Source of the DNA: an uncultured Methanosarcinales archaeon
GTDB taxonomy: Archaea > Nanobdellota > Nanobdellia > Woesearchaeales > ARS49
NCBI GenBank assembly: GCA_964508495.1
Contig: CAZDUA010000031.1
Span: forward strand, 1-62,141
DNA length: 62,141 bases
Direction of reading: 5' to 3'
The notes under the pieces were generated by a model, which worked only from the letters and a program-made list of their open reading frames with translations, did no database searches and had not been told where the DNA came from. Position numbers and translations under genes: made by a program. This document shows, piece by piece, positions 1 through 8,196 of the stretch. Position 1 is the first letter of the stretch. Each line of letters begins with the position of its first letter.

Positions 1-2
1 TA

Positions 3-284
3 TTCTATCAAGCGTAATACTTCTCTCCATTCTTGTTTGCTTATAGTGCCAAACTCGTGTTTTATGTCTCCGTTTAGAATTACGCGTTCTACTGCTACGT
101 GTTCTGTTATCCAGTCTAAGTGTTTGATTATTTTTTTGTACTGCATTCTTGGCACTAATACGCCTTGTTTGCCAAGCGATTCCTCATAACCCAAATGTAA
201 GTCTGAGATGATTATTGCTTTGATATCGGGCAGGTATGTACACAAATCAACTGCGTATACTCCTTCTGCTAGTTTTGTTGGCAT
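3..284 (-). CDS. Metallophosphoesterase (calcineurin-like, ICC/SbcD-related archaeal family), N-terminal part; runs off the window start
   Basis: Not in ORF track. Hand translation from ATG at 284: MPTKLAEGVYAVDLCTYLPDIKAIIISDLHLGYEESLGKQGVLVP...VILNGDIKHEFGTISKQEW, with SDLHLG and NGDxKH metal-binding motifs. Confidence 0.85.
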   Translation of the reverse strand, partial: MPTKLAEGVYAVDLCTYLPDIKAIIISDLHLGYEESLGKQGVLVPRMQYKKIIKHLDWITEHVAVERVILNGDIKHEFGTISKQEWREVLRLIE

Positions 285-320
285 TTAATAAAATAAAGAA
301 AAACAATATTTAATTGTTGC

Positions 321-1541
321 CTAAAAGTGGCTGAAACAGCGCTCTTCTGTGAACACCATTGCTATCTCGCTCTTATTGGCTAGCTCAATGATTGATTGGT
401 CTTCTTTTGAACCGCCTGGTTGGACGACTGCCGTGACGCCTTCTTTTGCAATTGTTTCAACATTGTCTGGCTTTGGCATGAATCCGTCGCTGGCAATGAC
501 TGCTCCTTCTAGGCCGCCTCTTGTTTGTTTGACGAATGCCACTGCTTTCTCCAAATCCCAGGATTGGGCTTGTACGAGCTTATCTGTTGCTTTTTGGTAT
601 GCTTTGTCGATGGCTTGTTCTATTGCGCCAACTCTTTCCTGCTGTCCTGTTCCTATTGCAATTGCTGCGCCGTCTTTTGCAAACACTATTCCGTTGCTTC
701 TTGTGTTCGCGCAGATGTACCATGCGAAGAGCATGTCTTCTGCTTCTTGTGGTGTTGGCATCCTGTAGCTTGTGGCTACAATTTTTTTGTCTTTGTCCAA
801 TGCTATTGCGGGCTTGAACTGGTTTGGTAATCTGAATTTTGTTGTATATGGCTCTGACATGACAAACGTACCGTCTGCAAGGACTCTTAGTTCTGGGTGT
901 GCTTTGTCTTTTTCATCTGAGAAAGCAGGCACTTGTGCTAATAATTCTTTGTCGTATGCTAGAACTCGTACGTCAACGTTTCTGCCATATTTCTTTCCGC
1001 TTTTTAGTATTTCTAATGCGTCTGGCTCTATTTTTGGTGCTAATATGACTTCGAAGAAATCTGTTGTCATTATTCTGTCAGCGAGTTCTTTGTCTACTGG
1101 ACCGTTAAATACCATTGTTCCGCCGAAGTTTGAGCGCGCATCGCACCAGTATGCTCTTTCAAATGCATCTGCGAGCGTTTTTCCTTTTGCTATTCCTGAT
1201 GGGTTTATGTGTTTGTGGAACGTGCAGACTGGCTGTGTGTCTCCTAGTAGTCTGATGATGCGGAGTGCTCTGTCCATGTCTTCAAGGTTTGTTTGTGACA
1301 GGCCTCCTTTGCCCGTTTTTAGTTCGACGAGCTTGCTCATTACTGTTGGAACGCCTTCTATCTCGTAGTGTGCTGCTGGTTGGTGTGGGTTTGTTCCGTA
1401 GCGCAAGTCCTCTCTTTTTTGATAGGTGACGGTTTCAAATCGTGATGTTTCGTTTGGAGTTTTTGGCTTGAATTCAAGCATCATTGTTATCCTGTCTGCG
1501 AATTCGCCGACATTTCTTGTCCTGTACATTTCTTTGCCCAT
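321..1541 (-). CDS. purH: AICAR transformylase (PurH family, AICARFT domain only; no N-terminal IMP cyclohydrolase domain)
   Basis: LRYGTNPHQPAA, KHINPSG, DARSNFGG, EVILAP, SNGIV, GTGQQERV, ASDGF, VVQPGGSKED, ERCFSH motifs. GAGGTGA RBS at 1548-1554. Confidence 0.85.
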   Translation of the reverse strand: MGKEMYRTRNVGEFADRITMMLEFKPKTPNETSRFETVTYQKREDLRYGTNPHQPAAHYEIEGVPTVMSKLVELKTGKGGLSQTNLEDMDRALRIIRLLGDTQPVCTFHKHINPSGIAKGKTLADAFERAYWCDARSNFGGTMVFNGPVDKELADRIMTTDFFEVILAPKIEPDALEILKSGKKYGRNVDVRVLAYDKELLAQVPAFSDEKDKAHPELRVLADGTFVMSEPYTTKFRLPNQFKPAIALDKDKKIVATSYRMPTPQEAEDMLFAWYICANTRSNGIVFAKDGAAIAIGTGQQERVGAIEQAIDKAYQKATDKLVQAQSWDLEKAVAFVKQTRGGLEGAVIASDGFMPKPDNVETIAKEGVTAVVQPGGSKEDQSIIELANKSEIAMVFTEERCFSHF

Positions 1542-1552
1542 AACTATTCACC

Positions 1553-1717
1553 TCACTCGAATTCTATTGTTCCTGGCGGTTTGCTGCTTATATCGTAAAC
1601 TACTCTGTTTATTCCTTTGACTTCGTTTGTTATTGTGCAGTCTCTTCTGGTGAGCCCTGGAAGTAGAGAGAATTCTTGGAATGTTCTTCCTGGCTTTGTT
1701 ATTATTCTGCTCGCCAT
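1553..1717 (-). pseudogene. 54-aa chimeric remnant: IMP dehydrogenase (GuaB) N-terminus fused in frame to GMP synthase (GuaA) C-terminus
   Basis: Hand translation [54 protein letters not shown]. The second half is the hallmark GuaA C-terminal motif (NRVVYDITSKPPxTIEWE). The first half resembles the RTFxEyLLLPGLT start of one IMPDH subfamily. Confidence 0.8.
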
Positions 1718-1782
1718 TTATTTGTAAAGTACCACCCGATTTTGTATTTTTAATCTCAGAAAAAGTACTTTTATATGTTTTT

Positions 1783-2274
1783 CTATTCTGGAGTAGTACT
1801 ACGTGTTATGTTTTTGTCTATTTCAAAGGCGTATGGGTATTCTATGCCAAATGGCAGGTGTAGCATGTACGTGCCTTTGACTTTTAGGTTGACTTGTCCT
1901 TCTTTGATTGCTTTTAGTATGCCCGCACCGAGCTCTATGTAGCCTGCTTGCACTGCGAAGTGTTCTTCTATGTGTTCGCCGGAAAACAGTTTTACTGGAG
2001 GCGTTAGGATTTCTCCTACTGGGATGTTGTTCAAGTATATCACGCCGTGGAATTCTCCAACGTTTACTGTTATTGTGTTTGGATTGTACACTATTATGAT
2101 CATTTCTACTGTTAGCCCTGTCCAACTGAAATGTGATACTCTTGCTTCTTCAAGTTCTATTTGGAGATTTCTGACTGCTGTTAGTTTTTGGTATTGGTAG
2201 ACTGCCAGTCCTAAGAGTATTATGATTAGAATCGATGCTAGTGCTGATAATTGTCCTTTCCTCTTTTTTTCCAC
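1783..2274 (-). CDS. LEA type 2 / WHy domain protein with N-terminal membrane anchor
   Basis: N-terminal TM helix; IIVYNPNTITV...VIYLNNIPVGE beta-rich LEA_2 pattern. Confidence 0.65.
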   Translation of the reverse strand: MEKKRKGQLSALASILIIILLGLAVYQYQKLTAVRNLQIELEEARVSHFSWTGLTVEMIIIVYNPNTITVNVGEFHGVIYLNNIPVGEILTPPVKLFSGEHIEEHFAVQAGYIELGAGILKAIKEGQVNLKVKGTYMLHLPFGIEYPYAFEIDKNITRSTTPE

Positions 2275-2279
2275 AATTG

Positions 2280-2801
2280 CTACTTATAATATTGTGGGTT
2301 TAAGAACTTTGCTAGTGCGTACGTGACTCCGCGCTCGAATGCTTCTGTTCTTTTTACCATGTTGCCTGTGAGCATTCCTACTGTTCCTTCTTTTTGTTTG
2401 ATGTTGTCGTGTCCGAATATCGCGTCTGTTGCTGGTCCGAGTTCTTTTCCTTGGCGTACTTCTTTTGCGAGTTTTTCTGGAAGCATTAAGCATCCGCAGC
2501 TCGCTATTCCTTTGTTTCCGTGCTTGTCAACGACTGCCGCCCAGCCATCAAGGAACATTCCGTGTTCTGAGTCGAATGTGCTGCCTTCAAGTCCGAAGCC
2601 AAAATCTGCGTTTGTTTGTTTTTGTGCTAGTATTGCCCTGTTTAACGCTCCTTCTATGGCGTCTTTTTGTGTGTTCGGCTGTATTGACGTGCCATGGCTG
2701 ACTTCTATTCCTACAACTTCAGCGTCAGGCCATACTTTTTTTACTACATTCTCTACTGCTGCTATTTTTACCGGGTTTTTGCTTCCTACTGCGATTTTCA
2801 T
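2280..2801 (-). CDS. yjjX: Inosine/xanthosine triphosphatase (non-canonical purine NTP phosphatase)
   Basis: MKIAVGSKNPVKIAAV, GALNRA, FGLEG, GKELG, KQKEGTVGMLT, RTEAF motifs. Confidence 0.9.
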   Translation of the reverse strand: MKIAVGSKNPVKIAAVENVVKKVWPDAEVVGIEVSHGTSIQPNTQKDAIEGALNRAILAQKQTNADFGFGLEGSTFDSEHGMFLDGWAAVVDKHGNKGIASCGCLMLPEKLAKEVRQGKELGPATDAIFGHDNIKQKEGTVGMLTGNMVKRTEAFERGVTYALAKFLNPQYYK

Positions 2802-2850
2802 GTATTGACGAAAACAGGCATTTTTATTTAATGTTTTGTGTCGTAAGCTT

Positions 2851-2857
2851 TTTATAA
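2851..2857 (+). promoter_or_regulatory. Archaeal TATA box (BRE-TATA) for a leaderless acyltransferase transcript
   Basis: aagcttTTTATAA ending about 25 nt upstream of ATG 2882. Confidence 0.5.
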
Positions 2858-2881
2858 CCCCTATTTTGAGGTTTTTCTAGT

Positions 2882-3994
2882 ATGTATTTGATTCGTGGGT
2901 TGGATGATGGGGAAGTGGCTGGTGTTATCCAGCAGTTGGGTTCCAGTGATGGGCTAGTCCATGCTTTGTGCAAGGTGCGTTTTCCTTGGATATCGCGTGT
3001 TATGCCTGAGAATTTAGTTAGGAGGATGTTGGAAAAGGATTTTAGGAATATTGGTTCTGTTAAGGAGTTTCAGGGAGTGCTTTGCAAGTATGTCAGGTAT
3101 TTGATGAAATCTACTTCAGATGGTCTTTCTTGTTCTGGCTTGGAGAATATAGCTAAGAATGGAGTTGGCAAGATTTTTGTTTCCAATCATCGTGATATTG
3201 TTTTGGATTCTGTTCTTGTCGGGTATGAGTTGTATACTTCTGGTCATGGCTTTACGCGTGCTGGTTTTGGCAGCAATTTGGCGAGTATTCCTGAGGTTTC
3301 CGCTATTTTGCGCTTGTCTGGCGGTTTTATTGTTCCGCGTGGCGTTAAGGGCCGTGCATTGTATAATGCAGTTCATGAAGTTTCTTCTTATATTGATGAT
3401 GTCGTTAAGCAGGGTGGATTGGTTTGGATTGCCCAGAGAGAAGGCCGCGCCAAGGATGGCATAGATGAAACCAATCCTGCTGTGCTTAAGACTTTGCACT
3501 TGTCTTCCAAGGATTCTTTGTCTTTAGGCGAATTTGTTGGTTCAAGGGAGATTATTCCTGTGGCTGTGTCTTACGAGTGGGATCCTTGTGATATGATGAA
3601 GTCCAAAGAAGTGCAGGTTACTAAACAGACTGGCAAGTATACTAAGGTGAAGGGCGAGGATGAGGCTGCCATGCTTGCTGGCGTGCTTGGCAGAAAAGGC
3701 AGGGTTCATGTTGCTTTTGGAAGTCCTTTAAGCGGTGATTTTGCTGGTTACGAAGCCGTTGCCGGCGCGATTGATAAGCAGATTCATGATTTGTATCACG
3801 TGTGGCCTTCAAACGTTGCCGCTGTTTTCATGCTTAGAGGTGAGAGAATTGATGGCTGTGAAGAGCTTGAAAAGCGCATACAGGGCATGCCTGCTGAGTC
3901 CAAGGAGTGTTTGCTGAGGCTTTATGCTAATCCTGTTCAGAGTAAGTTTACCCACCAACAAGAGAAAGTAGTTTCTCAACTTCCGTCCAGTTGA
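2882..3994 (+). CDS. Glycerol-3-phosphate/lysophospholipid acyltransferase (LPLAT superfamily, bacterial type)
   Basis: FVSNHRDIVLDS (catalytic HxxxxD), WIAQREGRAKDG, IIPVAVSYEWDPCD, GRKGRVHVAFG. Confidence 0.8.
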   Translation: MYLIRGLDDGEVAGVIQQLGSSDGLVHALCKVRFPWISRVMPENLVRRMLEKDFRNIGSVKEFQGVLCKYVRYLMKSTSDGLSCSGLENIAKNGVGKIFVSNHRDIVLDSVLVGYELYTSGHGFTRAGFGSNLASIPEVSAILRLSGGFIVPRGVKGRALYNAVHEVSSYIDDVVKQGGLVWIAQREGRAKDGIDETNPAVLKTLHLSSKDSLSLGEFVGSREIIPVAVSYEWDPCDMMKSKEVQVTKQTGKYTKVKGEDEAAMLAGVLGRKGRVHVAFGSPLSGDFAGYEAVAGAIDKQIHDLYHVWPSNVAAVFMLRGERIDGCEELEKRIQGMPAESKECLLRLYANPVQSKFTHQQEKVVSQLPSS

Positions 3995-4532
3995 TTGATT
4001 TCCAGATTGTTTCTACATAGTCTGCTCGTTTCAAGTTGTAATCAATCATGAACGCGTGTTCGAACACGTCTATTACTAGTATTGGCGCGCAGGTTGCTAA
4101 ATGGCCGACGTCGTGTTCGTTTATCCAGCAGTTGAATAGTCTGCCTGTTGATATGTCGTAGTATGTTACTGCCCAGCCTATTCCTCTCATCGTGCAGGTT
4201 GCCTTTAGGTCTTTTTCGTAGTTTTCCCAGCTTCCGAATTGTTCTGTTGCTTTTTTCTTGAATTTGTCGCTTGCTTTTGGGTCTTTTGAGAGTATTCTGA
4301 AGAATACTTCATGCAGTCTCATGCCGTTGAACTCCCATCCAAAGCGTCTTTTTAGTTCTGCAAATTCCGGGTTTGCTTGTTTTCCTTCTTTTAGCATTGC
4401 TGAAACAGTATCAACGAGCTTGTTTGTATTGTTAACATAGCCCTGATAGAGTGTGAAATGATTCTTCATTAACTGGTCTGATAGTCCTTTGATTCCTAGT
4501 AGATGGTCGAAGTTTTTTGGTTCGTATGGCAT
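3948..4532 (-). CDS. sod: Fe/Mn superoxide dismutase family protein
   Basis: Metal ligands in HFTLYQGY, FNGMRLHE and DVFEHAF; GIGWA motif. Confidence 0.85.
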   Translation of the reverse strand: MPYEPKNFDHLLGIKGLSDQLMKNHFTLYQGYVNNTNKLVDTVSAMLKEGKQANPEFAELKRRFGWEFNGMRLHEVFFRILSKDPKASDKFKKKATEQFGSWENYEKDLKATCTMRGIGWAVTYYDISTGRLFNCWINEHDVGHLATCAPILVIDVFEHAFMIDYNLKRADYVETIWKSINWTEVEKLLSLVGG

Positions 4533-4566
4533 TTTATCACCTTAGAATACGGGATTGTTTGTTCTT

Positions 4567-4899
4567 TTAATATATTTCTATTGCTACGGTCTTTCCTTTG
4601 GTTGAGCAGAGCATTACTGATTGTCCTTTTTCTAGGTTTCTTGCGGTGTGTGGTGTTTCTTTTTCCATGTCTATTCTGTCGCCGGGTTTTAGCACGAAGC
4701 TTCTTCCTTCTGCACAGAATTCAACTTTGCCGGTAACAAGTATTCTTGTTTCGTCATATTTGTGCTGGTGTACGTTCATGAACTCGTTTTTTTCCATGAC
4801 TTCCAGGTGCGGTTTCATCCCTTCTTTTACCATCAAAGCTCTAAGTTCATCTTCTGTTGGCACTCTTGGCTTGTTCCAGGGTAAGTAACGGACGTTCAT
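4567..4899 (-). CDS. Cupin domain protein
   Basis: HQHKYDE...GKVEF...LKPGDRIDMEKETPHTARN cupin motifs 1 and 2. Confidence 0.8.
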   Translation of the reverse strand: MNVRYLPWNKPRVPTEDELRALMVKEGMKPHLEVMEKNEFMNVHQHKYDETRILVTGKVEFCAEGRSFVLKPGDRIDMEKETPHTARNLEKGQSVMLCSTKGKTVAIEIY

Positions 4900-4937
4900 T
4901 AGCCATTGGCTATTTCACTAGCTTATTAAAATTTTTG

Positions 4938-5894
4938 TTAAAACAGCCGTTTCTTGGCAAAAGTGCCAGGTATTAATCTGTAAGCTAGTCTTCCATCTGC
5001 GTAAAGCATTGGAATTCCTATTAGCGCCGTACAAGAAAGACAGGCTAACTTTGGCACATCTTTTGTCGTTCTTAGTGAAACATCGTGCTGCAGTTTTTCA
5101 AACTCTGGAGGGTAGAATATTCGGTTCAGGTAGCATCTTATCAGATCTCCCTTCCCATCTTTTTGGTATTTTATGACACTGCTGTTGCACTTTGTGCAGG
5201 ATATATCTAGAAGGTGTGCTTCCCCTCCTCTTGCAGTTCTGTATTTATCGTTTTTTAGCTTAAATTCTTTTGGGTCCATTTTCTCATCTCCGTTTTTTGT
5301 TGAAACTGGTTCAACTTTTTCATCTATGCAGGTAGAAAGTAAGAAATGCAGTCTGTGTACATTTTTTCTTACCTCTCCTTCATTTTGAAAGAACAAATTA
5401 ATTGAAGGCTGATATTCGCCTTTCTGAACTTTGTTCAGCTCTTGAACTGCAGCCGCATACCTTTTGCCATCGCCGTCTCTATCGTCTGTGCTAAGTCTCG
5501 ATTTCAGTGTTTGCAAATCAGGTGGCAGGACATAAACAGAATACTTGCGTACCTCTGGAAGTGATTCATTTAAGCAATCAATCCTGTCTATTGGCCAGTC
5601 GAGCAGTGGCTTCCGGTAACTTGAAAGAATTCGGTGTATTTCCTCTCTGGTCGGTCCATAAAAATTACCGTGAACTTCATTTGGACACACGATGACGCCG
5701 CTATTTGCGAGTTCAGAGAAACATTCTCTATCAACGTGTATTTTATCAGTTTCATTTTCTCTTAATTCTCTGGTCGTATATGGTCGCGGGTAATCATAAC
5801 TTAACGGGAATAGAGTGCGCAGTTCTCTGATAAGGGTTGTTTTTCCTGTTCCAGATGGTCCCAGTAGCAGGACTAGTGTTTTGTGTGTTTTCAT
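4938..5894 (-). CDS. Guanylate kinase-like P-loop domain fused to a C-terminal 4-Cys (putative zinc-binding) domain
   Basis: GPSGTGKTT P-loop, YTTRELRENE, HGNFYG, PPDLQTLKSRL. C-terminal SCTKC...YQKDG...RCYLNRI...ACLSC. Confidence 0.7.
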   Translation of the reverse strand: MKTHKTLVLLLGPSGTGKTTLIRELRTLFPLSYDYPRPYTTRELRENETDKIHVDRECFSELANSGVIVCPNEVHGNFYGPTREEIHRILSSYRKPLLDWPIDRIDCLNESLPEVRKYSVYVLPPDLQTLKSRLSTDDRDGDGKRYAAAVQELNKVQKGEYQPSINLFFQNEGEVRKNVHRLHFLLSTCIDEKVEPVSTKNGDEKMDPKEFKLKNDKYRTARGGEAHLLDISCTKCNSSVIKYQKDGKGDLIRCYLNRIFYPPEFEKLQHDVSLRTTKDVPKLACLSCTALIGIPMLYADGRLAYRLIPGTFAKKRLF

Positions 5895-6724
5895 TTTCTT
5901 TTTACTTTTGAGATGGAATAATGCAATCCTCGAATTGATTGTTCAACTTTGTCTCTCCAGTCTTTGTCCGTCGAATTATATGGGTAAAGTATTGCTCTTG
6001 AAGAATTTACAATCACGCCGCTGTCTTTTTGGTTGAAAAGGCATCGTATTTTTGTCAAATCGCCTCCTTGTGCGCCAACACCCGCATACAATATGGGCAT
6101 ATCGCTAGGTATTCTTTCCCTTATCCTCTCGAGCGAGGCATGTTCGGATAGGACTGGAATCATGTTTCGATTTTTGTTCCAATCACTTACTACCCGGTCC
6201 AGAATGTATGACCAAAGTGGCTCTTCTCGTTTTTTTGTTTCAGATTTTACCGGAATATCTTGTATTATGTTTGCTCCGGGATTGCTGGTTCTTACTAGCA
6301 CGGCAATGCCTCTGTCAGAGTAATTTGAAAACGCGTGGAAGACTTCTTGGCCCATGTAAGGATTTATGACGATTCCATCAGCATTGCAATTTTGGAAAAT
6401 GTTGCGCAAATATGCATGCATGGTATTCTCAATGTCGCCAATCTTGCAGTCAACTATTGCTGGCGCATCAGGAGCTGACTTGTGAATTGTACTGATTGCA
6501 TCTTTTAGCAGTTTTGTTCCATCGTAAAGATCAAAAAAAGCTTTTTGCAGCTTATATGCGGATGCGTATTTTGATGTTATTTCAATTATTTCAGTTAAAA
6601 ACCTTGAAACCGCTTCGAATGGAGGGAGATTTTTGTATTCATTCGGAATTTTACTTAAATCCGGATCTAAACCTACGCAGATGCTGGAATTAGGCTCATT
6701 TAAGAGTTTTAAGCAGTCTCTCAT
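5891..6724 (-). CDS. pyrF: Orotidine-5'-phosphate decarboxylase (type 2 subfamily)
   Basis: ICVGLDPD, AYKLQKAFF, DCKIGDIENT (DxKxxD), RTSNPGA, GVGAQGG, VNSSRAILY. Confidence 0.85.
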   Translation of the reverse strand: MRDCLKLLNEPNSSICVGLDPDLSKIPNEYKNLPPFEAVSRFLTEIIEITSKYASAYKLQKAFFDLYDGTKLLKDAISTIHKSAPDAPAIVDCKIGDIENTMHAYLRNIFQNCNADGIVINPYMGQEVFHAFSNYSDRGIAVLVRTSNPGANIIQDIPVKSETKKREEPLWSYILDRVVSDWNKNRNMIPVLSEHASLERIRERIPSDMPILYAGVGAQGGDLTKIRCLFNQKDSGVIVNSSRAILYPYNSTDKDWRDKVEQSIRGLHYSISKVKRK

Positions 6725-7521
6725 TTCAAACCCTCATAATCGTGGCCTAAAACGAGCTTTTTAGCTTCAAGATGCCTGGCCGTCCGTTCGGTTGGCGGTA
6801 CTGCTATGGCTTCGTTTTTAACGTCAAAACCGTTTCTAGTTAATGCTTCCAACTTTTTCGGATTATTTGTGCCGAGTAGTAGCTTGCTCTTCACGTCTAA
6901 AAACTTCAGAATTGCAACAGCGCCATCATATGTTCTGCAATCAATGTCATTGGCAGTGTTGTTTTTTTCTAACAGAGTGAAAGCCTCAACAGTGTTTACA
7001 CCTATACGTTCCTGTAAATAGAGTGTGGCGAGTTTGAAGTCTGTGCCTTTTCCCCTTCCATCTTGGTTTGGAATGTATATTATCAGTCCTTGCTCTTTTT
7101 CAGCAAGTCTTTTCATGGCCAAGTCTAATTGTTCACGACATTCGCAGGTTTTATCATGAAACAATTGCCCCGTCGTACATCCAGAATCTATTCTAAGAAA
7201 GACGCTTTTTTCTTGTTTGAATGCGGGACGCATCAGTGTGCTGTCAAGGTCCGATTTTGCTATTGCGTAATACGTACCCCATTCATCGTTAACTTTGAAT
7301 ACCATCTGGTAGAATTTGCCGTATGGTGTGTCAAGAGGTCCACAGCCTTTTTTGGTTACATCATATGAATCGTTTCCAATAAGTATTGCTCTTGTACACT
7401 GTTTTTTAGAATTTTCAGCTTCTGATATTATGTCAAGTAGCTCGGTCTGATTTATTTTATACTTTTGAGAAAGTTCCTTAGTAAAATCAAAATAGTCGAA
7501 TTCTCCGTTTTGAGTTGCCAT
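6721..7521 (-). CDS. GTP cyclohydrolase II (RibA)-like protein, divergent subfamily
   Basis: LRIDSGCTTGQLFHDKTCEC (three Zn Cys), QDGRG, NTVEA, DCRTY, TNNPKKL, KKLVLGH. Confidence 0.8.
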   Translation of the reverse strand: MATQNGEFDYFDFTKELSQKYKINQTELLDIISEAENSKKQCTRAILIGNDSYDVTKKGCGPLDTPYGKFYQMVFKVNDEWGTYYAIAKSDLDSTLMRPAFKQEKSVFLRIDSGCTTGQLFHDKTCECREQLDLAMKRLAEKEQGLIIYIPNQDGRGKGTDFKLATLYLQERIGVNTVEAFTLLEKNNTANDIDCRTYDGAVAILKFLDVKSKLLLGTNNPKKLEALTRNGFDVKNEAIAVPPTERTARHLEAKKLVLGHDYEGLK

Positions 7522-7522
7522 T

Positions 7523-7954
7523 TTAAATGTTGAACGTTTCCCTCATCAAATCACCGATTATCGTGTACTTCTGTACCTGCAAAACGCCTGGCAATTGATG
7601 CATTTCTTCCGCAAAATCCTCTATTTCCTTGAGGTCTTTTCCTATAAATTCTGCCAGAAAGTCGTATCCTGAGTTGATTTTGTGCAGGTTGTTTATTGCC
7701 ATGTGCTGCTCCAAGTATTCTCGCACTCTGTCTCTTCCTGTTGGTGTTGTTTTGATTGCAAAGCATGCTCTTGTGTATCCGAGTTTTGCGAAATCAAGCA
7801 GTGCTGTGCTTTTGTGGATGATGTTGCCGTGATACCGTTTGACTTTGTCGTGTACTGTTGATGCTGGCATGTTGAGCTCTCTTGCGAGAGCAAGTAGTGA
7901 GGTTCTTGCGTTCTTTCTGAGCGCAGAGAGCAGTCGAAATTCGTTTTCATCCAC
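7523..7954 (-). CDS. Lrp/AsnC family transcriptional regulator (true start probably GTG at 7954, not 8023)
   Basis: LLSALRKNARTSLLALARELNMPASTVHDKV HTH; ALLDFAKLGY; SGYDFLAE. GGGGTGA RBS just upstream of GTG 7954. Confidence 0.8.
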   Translation of the reverse strand: MDENEFRLLSALRKNARTSLLALARELNMPASTVHDKVKRYHGNIIHKSTALLDFAKLGYTRACFAIKTTPTGRDRVREYLEQHMAINNLHKINSGYDFLAEFIGKDLKEIEDFAEEMHQLPGVLQVQKYTIIGDLMRETFNI

Positions 7955-7959
7955 ATGAT

Positions 7960-8196
7960 TCACCCCATCTGTTCGAGGGCTGCCTTTTTGGCTTCGCCTT
8001 CGATTTTTGTTTTGCTTCCGCACCGTCCGCAGAGTACGAACAGCTCATTTGTTAGTGGAATTATTGGTATGAAGTAGAGCGTGAACCACTCTGTTAGTTT
8101 GACGAGGCCGTGCATCGTTTTTCGCTTGCAGTTCTTGCACGGCTTGTTGGCTTCACCAAGCACTTTCGGTTTGCTCTTGTAGCCGAAGAGTATCAT
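7960..8196 (-). CDS. Zinc-ribbon domain protein
   Basis: CKNC...WFTLYFIPIIP...CGRC. Confidence 0.75.
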   Translation of the reverse strand: MILFGYKSKPKVLGEANKPCKNCKRKTMHGLVKLTEWFTLYFIPIIPLTNELFVLCGRCGSKTKIEGEAKKAALEQMG

